Below, one piece after another: positions 1 through 12,078 of a stretch of 64,000 nt of DNA. The DNA lies in assembly GCF_006345805.1 (NCBI RefSeq), contig NC_043014.1:45880001-45944000 (forward strand). Direction: 5' to 3'. This DNA is from Octopus sinensis. Its lineage: Eukaryota. Each line of letters starts with the position of its first letter. Position 1 is the first letter of the stretch. Position numbers and translations under genes: made by a program. The notes beneath the pieces were generated by a model. That model was given only the letters and a program-made list of their open reading frames with translations, searched no databases and had not been told where the DNA came from.

Positions 1-409
1 AAGTTTGTTATTTATTTGAGGGAGATCGTCTCTACACCTTCTTTTAGCACGTCGAAGGACTACGTAAAAGAAGATTTTCAAACTTCTCAAGTTTCGCGAT
101 AGTTTTGTTTATAAATAGTTGCCGGCAATTTATAATATACATTTATCTTCTTAACTCCATGATTCCGGCCAGATTTGAATTTAAGATGCTAAAGGGAAGA
201 AAAAAAGAACTAGTCAGCATGGAAAACCATTTACAGTCTGGCATTTACAGTTCTTTCCGCCAACTTGCAACTTTTAACAATTTATTAATTAACACACGTA
301 GAAGGGCGAGGTAAGATCACGTACTAACCTAAACGAGAGTGGGACGGGGTCACATACTAACTTACAAGAAAAATAATCTATTACTCGTTAGTTAAGATAA
401 ACTGTCGCC

Positions 410-479
<70 letters not shown>

Positions 480-972
480 TGCCCACATACATTATATACA
501 CCCACCCACACATATACATAGATACATACATACGTACACACATATATACATACATGCATACATGTGCGCGGAAACAGAAATTTAAGAAGTCTTCTCTTAG
601 CTCGTTCGAAAAGCAGTTCAGATTATGCTTAATGCAACCACATCCCGTATTAATTAGTTTAAAAGATAATCTTGACGCTGGTATAAAACAGAACTCAGCG
701 TGCATGCATACATAATCTAATTAATTGAGTAGGAACAATTAATAGTATTAATTATTACAACAGCCACTAGATTTCTCCATTGATGTAATTTCGGTAAAAT
801 AATTCTATGAAATTTATGAATGAATTTATTTGCTTTTATTTGAATTAGTTTGTTACATAAAAGAAGAAAAGAAGTAGAGCTCATAGCCCCTTGATTTCAG
901 GGGAGATGAGAGGGAATGGACTAAATTTTAAGGACTGATAGAGTTAACTAACTACAGAGGGTGCCTCTATAT

Positions 973-1095
973 CAGTGGTTCTTAACCGGGGTCCAAATGG
1001 TCTTCTGAGGGTCCGTATAAGCCTTTGCTGTTAAAATTCATGTACAATAAATTGCTTATTTTTTCTACAATGCACGAAATATAGTAGTATTTTTT
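973..1095 (+). mobile_element. hAT-type (Charlie-like) MITE, left-end fragment
   Basis: Starts CAGTGGTTCTTAACCGGGGTCC, the same terminus as the complete copy at 24446-24763. Confidence 0.55.
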
Positions 1096-1114
1096 AATAT
1101 ATATATATATGCAT

Positions 1115-1472
1115 AGGCGTAGGAGTGGCTGAGTGGTAAGTAGCTTGCTTACCAACCACATGGTTCCGGGTTCAGTCCCACTACGCGGCACCTTGGGCAA
1201 GGGTCTTCTACTATAGCCTCGGGCCGACCAAAGCCTTGTGAGCAGATTTGGTAGAGGGAAACTGAAAGAAGCCTGCTGTATATACACACACTTCTGTGTG
1301 AATCTTTGTCCCTCACCACCGCTTGACAACCAATGAACTTAGCGGTTCAGCAAAAGAGACCGATAAAATATATACCAGGCTTAAATAAAAAGTACAGGGA
1401 TCACTTCATTGGATTAAAATTATTCAAGGTGGTAACCCCAGCATGGCCGCAGTCTAATGACTGAAACAGTTA
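1115..1472 (+). mobile_element. SINE family A (tRNA-derived head)
   Basis: A box GTGGCTGAGTGGT, B box GGTTCAGTCCC, CCTTGGGCAAG segment and tail CAGCATGGCCGCAGTC..TGACTGAAAC; homologous to more than 20 copies in the window. Confidence 0.85.
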
Positions 1473-1810
1473 AAAATACAGAAGAGAACTGCTAAGTTAC
1501 AGGGACATAAAGGACACCAACACCGGTAGGGGACAAACACAGACGCACACAGAAGCTTCTTTCAGCTTGCCAAATCCACTCACACAGGCTTTGATCGGCC
1601 CGAGACTTATTGCACTATGTGCCACCCATTGGGACTGAACCTGAAAGCATGTGGTTGAGAAACAAGCTTCTTACCACACAGCCACATCTGCGCCTATTTG
1701 CATGAAATAAATAAAGAAAAATGAAAAGGGGCTATGGTGTGTGACCCAAATAGATCTATGGCATGTATAATATACAGGTGTCCCTTATCCCTCGTTTTAT
1801 ACGATTTCGG

Positions 1811-2238
1811 GATCTTTTCGGTTTGACCGGCAGTTTTTTTTAAAATAATTTCCACGTAACTAAACACTTTTAAACTTCGTATACTGGTAGAATGTGTTTA
1901 CAAAACATCTTTTTCTCTTGGCTTTATTGAGAAAATTCTATAGTTTGTAACATATTTGTTGTTGTTTTTTCTTCAATTTCTGCAATTTCAACCAATCACT
2001 GACGTCTATTGAGGTAAAAAAAAAAACATTCTGTGCCGTATGAATATGTCCCTTGTTTAAGAAACAGATTGGGTTTATTTACATTTGTGAAGAAAAAAAG
2101 ATACCCTCCCTCCACCCCAACTAACCCTAACTCTAAAACAGATTGAAATGCAATAGATCGATACTAGGGTCATAATTATGGGTGACAATTTCATATGACA
2201 CCGCTAGAAACAACTGCCGTTCAAACCGAAAAGATCCC
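1811..2238. mobile_element. MITE with GG..CC termini and 8-bp TSD (Merlin-like)
   Basis: TIR GGATCTTTTCGGTTTGACCGGCAGTT / AACTGCCGTTCAAACCGAAAAGATCC; TSD CGATTTCG on both sides. Confidence 0.85.
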
Positions 2239-2539
2239 GATTTCGACTTACACGGCGACTAGCCGTTACCTAGCCACCGTGTAACTGGGGAATAACTGTA
2301 TTCGGTTTTTAAACAGAGCGAGACTAATGTTTGTATTTATACACAAACGGCAGTTTCTCTTCTTAAGGTTTGTAATTAAAGATTTCTCCGTCGCTGGGTC
2401 TGTTGTTCGTTTGTCACATACTGGTGATTATAATGATTAATATCGTTTTACACAACAACCAGCTGGGAGAAGTAGGGAAGCGTTTATACGCCGTGAAAAC
2501 CGCAGCCAAATCCCTCTTAAATCGTATCCTACAGTTTTT

Positions 2540-2755
2540 GAAGAAAAAGGAGAGGAAGAAGAAGAAGAGGAGAAAGAAGAAGAGGAAGAGGAAGAAGAAG
2601 AGGAAGAAGAAGAGGAAGAAGAAGAGGAAGAAGAGGAGGAAGAAGAGGAGGAAGAAGAGGAGGAAGAAGAGGAGGAAGAAGAGAAGAAAGAAGAAGAGGA
2701 AGAGGAGGAGGAAGAAGATGAGGAGGAAGAAGAAGAAGAAAAAAAGAAGAAAAGT
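2540..2755 (+). repeat. (GAA/GAG)n polypurine tract
   Basis: About 215 nt almost entirely A/G; explains the poly-K/R, poly-F and poly-S ORFs. Confidence 0.95.
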
Positions 2756-2997
2756 AATGGAAACATTGGCCAATGCAGTCCTAGATATGTTCAAAAATAG
2801 GAAGGTCATGGTTGAAACACCCAAGATTTCTGTTTCATAAGTGCCGATCTGCGCGGGGTTAGCCAAAATGGAAAAAAAAAAAAAAAAAAAAAGAACCCTA
2901 GCATTAGGCATGTAAGCAAGACAATGCAGACTGAGATATGCTCAAAAACTGGATAGTCACGGTTGGAACCTCTGTTTGCTAAGTATGAAAAATCAAG

Positions 2998-3385
2998 TTA
3001 TATATAAATTTGAAGTTGTCTGTGTATGGCAGGTTTGGTAGCCTTCAACTAACACTATCTCCTCCGAGACCCTGCGGCGCAACTTGACCAAAATTGATAG
3101 TATGATAGAAGAAGGCTTGCTCTTCCTTCCGTAGAAGAAAAAATTCAAATCGGACCATGTAAACACCAAAAATTATTTACATCAAAAAGGTGCTTTTTTT
3201 TCTATGAAAATCCCTATTTTTTACGATTTTTTGACTGCTGTGTCGCCATTTTTCAGTGTATTTCAACCAGAAAAATGTTCACTTAAAGAGAAGAACAAAC
3301 TACATAATGAAAAACTTTTAGTTTTCAAAAATTCCAATTCTAAAGGGTCGAAACAAACCCGAGCAACGCCGGGCGATACTGCTAG
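2998..3385 (+). mobile_element. Non-autonomous Helitron-like element
   Basis: 3' end ACAAACCCGAGCAACGCCGGGCGATACTGCTAG|T (hairpin plus CTAG) is shared with 20070-20468 and 43730-44117; 5' TATATATAAA..GAAGTTGT is similar; no TSD; 5' boundary uncertain. Confidence 0.75.
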
Positions 3386-3781
3386 TACATGATAAAAATA
3401 GACTGTAAAAAAAAAAAGATTAATGGTACTGCATGTGATGAGGGACGCATACAGCCAACCTCATTGTTAAATAATCATCTCATTCACATTCGTTTTATGT
3501 ATTGTCCCCTCTGTGGTGTCCTGTCTGTCCTCGCTCGTCCCCCTCTATTTTGGGCCCCTGTGGCTAATAAAGAAAAGAAAAACGAAAAACAAAACATATA
3601 CCTAAACTTAAAAAATGAAGCAACGGTCCAAAGGAGCGAATAAAATAAATTTAAAGAGAAGAAGAAAAAAACTAGGATCTTCCATATCGTAAGTCATGGG
3701 GTAACAATTCGTTAAAAAAAAAATTAAGAAAACGAGAATAAACTACCCCCCTTTCACCCCTCAAAGGTCTGGTGACCTTAC

Positions 3782-3939
3782 AATAAATCGTAGCAAGTTA
3801 AACCAAGAGGAACAAGCTTGGTTAACCTCTGCAATATCATCTATCTTCTCCTCCTCCTCTTCAATGGTGGCGATGACGGCGTTGAAGGTAATCTCGTCTG
3901 TACATAGACTTGCCGCTTCTTCCCAGTTCACTTTTTGAT
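3782..3939 (-). CDS. Candidate internal exon or pseudo-exon, resembling the N-terminal half of a C-type lectin-like domain
   Basis: Open frame (D)QKVNWEEAASLCTDEITFNAVIATIEEEEEKIDDIAEVNQACSSWFNLLRFI, with codons biased to start with a purine. Bounded by CTGTAG| (weak pyrimidine tract) and |GTAAGG. Resembles the W.EA...C...ATI..EE...W pattern of CTLDs. Confidence 0.4.
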
Positions 3940-4134
3940 CTACAGCGTGTCGTTTTCATGATGACAAGTCAGTATATCATGCCATTTATTCAATTAGCTT
4001 GGCACTGTGGCTTTCTTAATCTGACACACGTTCAATGTATATGCCGGTGTTAGTGAATACATACAAAATCTATTTATCTACTGAAACACGGGCGCATGCG
4101 CACCAATCCATGATTCTCCTTAACTAAATTAAGG

Positions 4135-4530
4135 TTTGAACGGCAGTTTTTAACAATTTCTAGGTAACTAAAAGATCTTAAACTTCGCATACTGGTAGAA
4201 TGTGTCTATAAAACATCTTTTTCTCTTGGCTTTATTAAGAAAATTCTATAGTTTGTAACATATTTGTTGTTTTTTCTTCAATTTCTGCAATTTCAACCAA
4301 TCACTGACGTCTATTGAGGTAAAAAAAACATTCTGTGCCGTATGAATATGTCCCTCGTTTAAGAAACAGATTGGGTTTATTTACATTTCTGAAGAAAAAA
4401 GATACCCTTCCCCCCACCCCTAACTCTAAAACAGATTGAAATGTAATAGATCGATACTAGGGTCATAATTATGGGTGACAATTTCATATGACACCGCTAG
4501 AAAAAACTGCCGTTCAAACCGAAAAGATCC
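4135..4530. mobile_element. Merlin-like MITE copy, left TIR missing 10 nt
   Basis: Body near-identical to 1811-2238; CTAAATTAA flanks both ends (9-bp TSD). Confidence 0.8.
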
Positions 4531-4580
4531 CTAAATTAATAGTAATAACCAGATGCAAAAAGAACTCGGTATACGTATGC

Positions 4581-5265
4581 TGGCACTCCGTCGGTTACAA
4601 CGATCAGGGTTACAGCTGATCCGAGCAACGGAGAACAGCCTGCTCGTGATATTAACGTGCAAGTGGCTGAGTATACTACAGACACATGTACCTTAACTTA
4701 GTTCTGTGCTGCATAAGGTTTGTTTCTGACCTTAAATAAATGTAGTCATGCACACGAACGCGCTTGTGCGTATATATGTACGCTCGAGATACTGTACGGT
4801 CACTTCTGTTGAGAGAAGAAAAATTGTGGCAAGACTTCCGCCTGTCCCCACACAAAAACCACCCTTAAAAAATATTTTTTTCGACACAACCCTCCTTTCG
4901 GCTACGGGGAATACGAATCAGCAAAAAAAAAAAAAAAAACCACTGGACATCTCCGTAATATATATATATCACCGTAACCAACCAGGCTATCAGATGTTGC
5001 TACACATCGCTGGTCACAATGCGCGTCGCATTGTTTTAGCCTTTAAATGACGCCACCCCGCTGGCTAAGCGAGCAGGCCAACAGAAGAAAGAGCGACAGA
5101 AAGTTGCGGCGAAAGTGCAGCAGGGATCACCACCACCCCCTGCCGGAGCCCCGTGGAGCTTTGTTTTCGCTCAATAAACACTCACAACGTCCGGTCTGGG
5201 AATCGAAACCGCGATCCTGTGACCGCGAGTCCGCTGCCCTAACCACTGGGCCAATGCGCCTCCAC
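4581..5265 (-). mobile_element. SINE family C (octopus OR-type, tRNA-like head), interrupted
   Basis: Head at about 5110-5265 is the reverse complement of 63864-64000. The segment at 4581-4706 matches a tail I recall for this family. Unrelated sequence lies between. Confidence 0.65.
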
Positions 5266-5600
5266 CATACACACACACAGTGTCGTATGTGTTTGTGGTT
5301 TGTGTAGCTCAAGGTCAGCAATGAATAAACAGGCCTCTGGTCACAGGTGTTCAAACTGTGATCGTCCTGTCTTTCAGTGCGTGTGTATGTGTGTCTACAC
5401 CACGTAATGTTTCCTTCCTTATTTGAGACAGTAAAGAGTGCGATTAGAAAGACATTTGGCTGCTGTTTCTAGTTGATCGATCGACCACTTATAAATTCCC
5501 GCGTTGTTCCGTTACGCATGTTTTCCAATGTCATCCACCGAGTCACTATCACCAATTAATATTAACACAATATTCGATCTGAGTTCATATTAACAATGAA

Positions 5601-5635
<35 letters not shown>

Positions 5636-6155
5636 CAAAAAGCAAAGAAAAATAGCGCCAGTGGAGGTCTATATTTAAATCCGATCTTTACCAGGTGTTT
5701 TCATTTAAAGACTGCCCACGTAGCTAGTAGCTACGCCAGATAGCTGTATCACAAGATAATTGAGTATCGATCCAACAGATGTCCCCACAGCTGCTGATCA
5801 AGTTTAACAGCCAAGGCAGATAGATAATGCTCGGTGAAAGCCCGCCCGGCCGTTTGAAAATAGCGCATTCTGGTATCATTGACAACCGAACGACAAACAA
5901 CGCTTCACGTTCTCTGCTACACGGTTCCATACACACACGTTATATAATTCACAAACTGGGTCGTTCATTAAGCAGTAACCCGCGATAAAACTTGTTCATA
6001 TATTGATATATATATATATAAATATATATATGAAAGAGAGAGGAAGAGAGAGCAATAATGTGTGTGTCTGTGTGTGTGTTCAGTTGATGGTTGCTAAGTA
6101 AATTTCTTGTTGCTAACTTTGCTTCCATAAACATTACAAAATTACTAGACAGGAA

Positions 6156-6190
<35 letters not shown>

Positions 6191-6194
6191 TTAC

Positions 6195-6361
6195 TCTGTA
6201 ACTTGTTTCAGTCATTTGACTGTGGCCATGCTGGAGCACCGCCTTTAGTCGAGCAAATCGACCCCCAGGACTTATTCTTTGTAAGCCTAGTACTTATTCT
6301 ATCGGTCTGCTTTTGCCGAACCGCTAAGTTACGGGGACGTAAACACACCAGCATCGTTGTG

Positions 6362-6410
<49 letters not shown>

Positions 6411-6565
6411 GGACGGGCTTCTTTCAGTTTCTGTCTACCAAATCCACTCACAAGGCTTTGATCAGCCCGTGGCTATAGTAGAAGGCACTTGCCCAAGGAG
6501 CCATGCAGTGGAACTGAACCCGGAACCACGTACGTAAGCAAGCTACTTACCACACAGCCATTCCT
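6195..6565 (-). mobile_element. SINE family A
   Basis: Tail, internal (CA)n and head, with internal deletions. Confidence 0.85.
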
Positions 6566-6619
6566 AAGCCCACTATGTAATAATAATAAATGATGGTTCC
6601 AAATTTTGCCACAAGGCTA

Positions 6620-6810
6620 GTAAGTACCAGGGAGGGAATAAGTCGATTATATTGACCCCAGTGCACAACTGGTTTACTTATTTTATCGACCCCTGAAAGG
6701 ATGAAAAAAAAAATTAAAAAGGTCGCCCCCGGCGGAATTTGAACCCAGAAAGTAAAGGCGGACGAAATGCTGCAAAACATTTTGTCCACTGCGGTAACGA
6801 TTTTACCAGC
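6620..6810 (-). mobile_element. SINE family B, degenerate
   Basis: GTCGATTATATTGACCCCAG..GGCGGAATTTGAAC matches the family B core. Confidence 0.7.
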
Positions 6811-6814
6811 TTAT

Positions 6815-6960
6815 GTCACTTATGAGACTTTAATCCAACCAATAATCTACAGAAAATTCCACAGAGTGGACATAAGAGAGGGTTGTTAATACAAAGAAGC
6901 TGGTATGTTAGTCTGAGACTTTGTCTTTGCTCTCAGTTCTTTAAGATGATCCAGACGGCT
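6815..6960 (-). pseudogene. Possible highly decayed RTE RT fragment
   Basis: Minus strand reads LKELRAKTKSQ, then with frameshifts HSVE and GLK, recalling RTE RAKTK..HS.E..GL; many disruptions. Confidence 0.3.
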
Positions 6961-7057
6961 TAGTTAATAATAGCTCTATATGGCATTATAACAAGCCAAT
7001 GCCTGCGATTCAGTGTAGTTTGACACACACACACATACACACACAATCTTTTATTCA

Positions 7058-7240
7058 TTTACTTGTTTCAGTCATTTGACTACTGCCATGCTGGAGCAAC
7101 GCCTTTAGTCGAACAAGACTAGTACTTATTCTGTCGGTCACTTATGCCGAGTCGGTAAGTTACGGGGACGTGAACACACCAACATCGATTGCCAAGCGAT
7201 GATGGGGGGGGGGTACAAACACAGACATAAAAATAGACAT

Positions 7241-7277
<37 letters not shown>

Positions 7278-7428
7278 CGACGAGCTTCTTTCAGTTTCTG
7301 TCTACCAAATTCATTCACAAGGCTTTGGTCAGCCCGAGGCTATAGTAGAAGACACCTGCCAAGATGCCACGCAGTAGGACTGAACCCAGAACCATGTGGT
7401 TGGGAAGCAAGCCACTTACCACAAAGCC
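7058..7428 (-). mobile_element. SINE family A
   Basis: Homologous to the full-length copies. Confidence 0.85.
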
Positions 7429-7555
7429 ACGAAAAATTTTATCCTTTTCATTTCTGAACACTTTGCCTTTTCCCCTCGAAATATGGAACTTTGAAGCAAT
7501 TCCGACATTACTCCGACTTCAACACATCTCATTCATTTTGTTCCCTAATAAAAGC

Positions 7556-7860
7556 GGATCTTTTCCTTTTGAACGGCACATGTCAACACAATTTGTAGTT
7601 AACTAAACACTTTAAAACTTCGCATACTGGTAGAATGTCTCAGTTTTAGACGCAGCAAATGATTTTAGCTCAATTAGAGGCGATTCATTGGTTAAAATTC
7701 GAAAAATTAAACTACGTTAAACAAACGAATTACAATTTTATCAAGAAAGCCAAGAGAAAAACATGTTTTATTTTGCCACATTCTACCAGTATACGAAGTT
7801 TTTAAGTGTTTAGCTAACTAGAAATTGTGTTGACATGTGCCGTTCAAAAGGAAAAGATCC
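7556..7860. mobile_element. Merlin-like MITE, second subfamily with ~85-bp TIRs
   Basis: GGATCTTTTCCTTTTGAACGGCACATGTCAACAC.. and its inverse; flanks ATAAAAGC / GTAAAAGC (8-bp TSD with one mismatch). Confidence 0.8.
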
Positions 7861-8085
7861 GTAAAAGCTGTTACATCAGTGTTTTTCGCAAAATATAAAG
7901 GATTGAGGTAATTCCTCCGGAAGATATAGTCAAAATTAAAAGAAGAGCGTCATTGTTATCGAGTGAACGATATTTCGACATCTTGTGTGTCTTCAACATG
8001 TTCAAAAAATAATTTTGTCTATCTACTTCATTTTGGTTAATATATAAAGGATTGAGGTAACTCCTCCAGAAGATATAGAGTCAAA

Positions 8086-8117
<32 letters not shown>

Positions 8118-8118
<1 letters not shown>

Positions 8119-8295
8119 CTGCAACGTCATGTGCTATTTATCTTGATATGAGATCTCCATGTCACGCACACATGGTTGCGACGCATGTGCCTGGTGTAAC
8201 CTTATCAGACGGGTGTAGTCACGATGGGTATACTGGGCTTCGTAGATTTTTACCCCGGTGTCATTTTGATGACATGCACTGCTCTATAACACAAC
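8118..8295 (+). mobile_element. Retroposon 3' fragment embedded in (AAT)n (Dong/R4-like targeting)
   Basis: (AAT)n on both sides; second copy at 19366-19470 shares GGTGTA.CCTTATCA..GATGGGTATA.TGGGCTTCGTA..GATG.CATG.ACTGCTCT. Confidence 0.6.
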
Positions 8296-8328
<33 letters not shown>

Positions 8329-8609
8329 TGATGATGATGATGAGGTGGCAAAAGGAAGGTGCAAAAGAACAGACAAAAAAAGATAAAGAAATAACAAAAA
8401 AACACAAAGGGTGCGAACATGCTTAATCCCTCATCAGTTATCGACCAGATATCGACCAGATATCGACACAATTTCTAAACCTTCTAATTATACATATATA
8501 AATTAATGGGCGACAAAAGAACAGAAGTTACATAATCATCACCAATTAACTGACAGGTGTTTCTGTTATAGGAAACACTGCACCAGAAGCTGAATACATA
8601 CACATGTGT

Positions 8610-8643
<34 letters not shown>

Positions 8644-8650
<7 letters not shown>

Positions 8651-9197
8651 TTTCAGTCATTTGACTGAGGCCATGCTGGAGCACCGCCTTTAGTCGAACA
8701 AATCAACCCTCAGGACTTATTTTTTTGTAAGCCTAGCGCTTATTCTATCAGTTCCTTTTGCCGAACCGCTAAGTTACGGGGACGTAAACACACCAACATC
8801 GGTTGTCAAGCGATGGTGGTGGGGGAGACAAACACAGACATACATACACTCTACTTCCGGTCTTTCAATATGTGACCTCGTGAGTACCGCTGCCGATTTT
8901 TTCCCCTCTGTCTTCCCTTCTCTGGATCTTTCCTTCTCCTATGTTTCCGACGAAGAGCTCCGCTCGAAACGTTAAACCCTCCTTTCCTTCCTGAGCGTCC
9001 AATAATACTATATTTGTTCCACGTCCTCGCGTTGCTGTGTTTTTTGTGTTTTCTTGTTTGGATTAACTTTATATATACACGGCGGGCTTCTTTCAGTTTC
9101 CGTCTACCAAATCTACTCACAAGGCTTTGGTCAGCCTGAGGCTATAGTAGAAGACACTTGCCCAATGTACCATGCAGTGGGACTGAACCCAGAATCA
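8644..9197 (-). mobile_element. SINE family A with a nested Penelope-type tail in its microsatellite
   Basis: Tail half at 8644-8850 and head half at 9075-9197; foreign insert at about 8855-9070. Confidence 0.8.
8943..8977 (+). ncRNA. Minimal type-I hammerhead ribozyme-like motif (Penelope-type)
   Basis: GUUU-CCGACGA-A-GAGC(UCC)GCUC-GAAA-CGUU-AAAC: stem I GUUU/AAAC, stem II GAGC/GCUC, palindromic AACGUU stem III. Deviations are U4C and H17=U. Confidence 0.55.
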
Positions 9198-9430
9198 CTC
9201 AAACACACACACGCATATATACACACACACACACATATATACACACATATATATATATATATATAACACACACATATATATATATACACACACACATATA
9301 TATATACACACACACATATACACAATATATACACACACATATATATACACACACACAGACATATACACACACACATATATATATATACACACACACACAT
9401 ACACACACACACACATACACACACGCGCGC

Positions 9431-9467
<37 letters not shown>

Positions 9468-10454
9468 TTTAACTTTGATAGATTTTTACTTGGACCCTTA
9501 TAAGCTTGGCAAGCACACATTATCGTTCGCACTATGGAAAATATTTTACTTGCGCGACATCTGTGGAGTGCTCTTCTCTTTTGTTTGTATACAAATATAT
9601 ATATATATATATATATGCGCGCACGCGTGTATGTTTGTATGTGTGTGCGTGTTGATGTGTTCCTCTAATGTAAATTTTCACTATTTTTCACTTAAAAAAG
9701 AAAACTACGTTCGAATTCAGTTATTGTTTACGTATCATCAAGGCTCACTATTTTAACTTTGAGGAAGACTTGTATGTATGTGTGTCTGTGTGTGGTGACG
9801 ATGAGAAGCTGTTAAAAAAAAACCTTTCAATTTAAATATCTTTTCAGTGTAGTATATTTACCACACAATAAACACTAATTTTCACACAAAGGACTTCCCC
9901 GTAAGCCATGCATCTAGGCGTCAATGAGAAAGAAAAATGCGCAACTTAAACAGAACAGAACAGAACCGAATAGATTGAAGAAGGAAAGAAAAGCCGATAC
10001 GCGCCTGTGAACGAGCAAGCCTGCGCGCGTATGCGAGCGTGTGTTTACAATATTACAGCGATTTTTAGAGAAATTTAAAGCAGGAACTGTCCTCCGATGA
10101 ACGTGAAGCAAAGTTGATTTTAAAAACAATTAAAATAAGGGAATACGGGGGGAAAAAGCTAATGTCGTTTATCATTTTTAATGGAGTTATTTTTTTTTTC
10201 TTCTGCTGCTGCGTATTTAATTTTTTTTTTAAAGAAAGGAAATGAAGCATTTCAATTTAATTTAATTACCTATGGCTTCTTTTACAGTGTATCTTTATTT
10301 TTTGTTGTTTTTTTAAATTTAACATAAGAGGCCCCTTGCTGCGTTGTTATAACGTGTAACTGAGAAAGACTTAGAGATTATAATAAAAATTTCGAGTCGA
10401 GTCTGGCACATAAAATGGCCAATTACAAGTAGAGAGAGAACAAGTAATATAGCC

Positions 10455-10459
<5 letters not shown>

Positions 10460-10501
<42 letters not shown>

Positions 10502-10524
10502 GTGTGTGTGTGTATATATATATA

Positions 10525-10598
<74 letters not shown>

Positions 10599-10651
10599 GT
10601 GTGTGTGTGTGTGTATATATTATATGTGTGTGTGTGTATATATATATTATA

Positions 10652-10712
<61 letters not shown>

Positions 10713-10823
10713 GTGTGTGGTGTGTGTGTATATATATATATGTGTGTGTGTGTGTAATATATATATATGTGTGTGTGTATATATATATATATATAGTGTG
10801 TGTGTGTGTGTTATATATATATA

Positions 10824-10858
<35 letters not shown>

Positions 10859-10871
10859 GTGTGTGTATGTG

Positions 10872-10904
<33 letters not shown>

Positions 10905-10915
10905 ATATATATATA

Positions 10916-11000
<85 letters not shown>
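10460..11000. repeat. Compound (TG)n/(TA)n microsatellite
   Basis: About 540 nt of almost uninterrupted purine-pyrimidine alternation; a similar tract lies at 11350-11733. Confidence 0.95.
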
Positions 11001-11493
11001 TTAGCAGCCCTTCCTGTTTTTGTTATCAATTTTGACCTTCCGCAAAATCCCAAATTACATTTAATTTGCTTTGCGGGAGCAACTGTTTTATCGAAGGCGT
11101 ATATTGTTGTTAAATGCTCGAAATACGAGAGTAGAAAAACAGCCAACAACTGATGAAGGGTTCGTTCTTTATGTTGTTTGTCTTGTTTTCCATTTGTGTC
11201 TGTCGCTGTTCGAAAAAATAGTTCATATTCCATGTACTCGTACTTCGTGTTTTTTTGTTGTACACGTTTCCTGATGACGTCCTGTGCCCACATATGCATA
11301 TATATATATATTCGTATAGATGTATGTACATATACGTATGTATGTATATATATATATATTATATATATGTGTGTGTGTGTGTATATATATAATATGTGTG
11401 TGTGTGTGTGTGATATATATATATGTGTGTGTGTAATATATATATATGTGTGTGTGTTGTGTGTATATATATGTGTGTGTGTGTGTATATTAT

Positions 11494-11548
<55 letters not shown>

Positions 11549-11617
11549 ATTATATATATATATATTGTGTGTGTGTGTATATATATATATATGTGTGTGT
11601 GTGTGTATATATATATA

Positions 11618-11662
<45 letters not shown>

Positions 11663-12078
11663 ATATATATATGTGTGTGTGTGTATATATATATGTGTGT
11701 GTGTGGTGTGTGTGTGTGTGTGTGTGTGTGTGTTTAGCAGCCCTTCCTGTTTTTGTTATCAATTTTGACCTTCCGCAAAATCCCAAATTACATTTAATTT
11801 GCTTTGCGGGAGCAACTGTTTTACCGAAGGCGTATATTGTTGTTAAATGCTCGAAATACGAGAGTAGAAAAACAGCCAATAACTGATGAAGGGTTCGTTC
11901 TTTATGTTGTTTGTCTTGTTTTCCATTTGTGTCTGTCGCTGTTCGAAAAAATAGTTCATATTCCATGTACTCGTACTTCGTGTTTTTTTTGTTGTACACG
12001 TTTCCTGATGACGTCCTGTGCCCACATATGCATATATATATATATTCGTATAGATGTATGTACATATACGTATGTATG

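Noticed and set aside
2403-2911. Poly-K/R, poly-F and poly-S ORFs
   Set aside because: They are read-through of a (GAA/GAG)n tract, with no other coding signal.
3767-3887. Plus-strand exon reading SGDLTINRSKLNQEEQAWLTSAISS..
   Set aside because: It has a plausible AG and GT, but the codon pattern looks like the antisense shadow of the minus frame. It is not fully excluded.
10405-10425. CATAAAATGGCC (YY1/Hox-like site), and the octamer ATGCAAAT near 44549
   Set aside because: These are isolated short motifs with no supporting context.
11020-11060. [10 protein letters not shown], resembling the DEAD-box helicase C-terminal region
   Set aside because: The following HRIGR motif is absent, there are no splice signals, and the frame starts in a microsatellite.
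11116-11170. CTGATGA with an upstream GAAA as a permuted hammerhead
   Set aside because: Stems I and III could not be formed.
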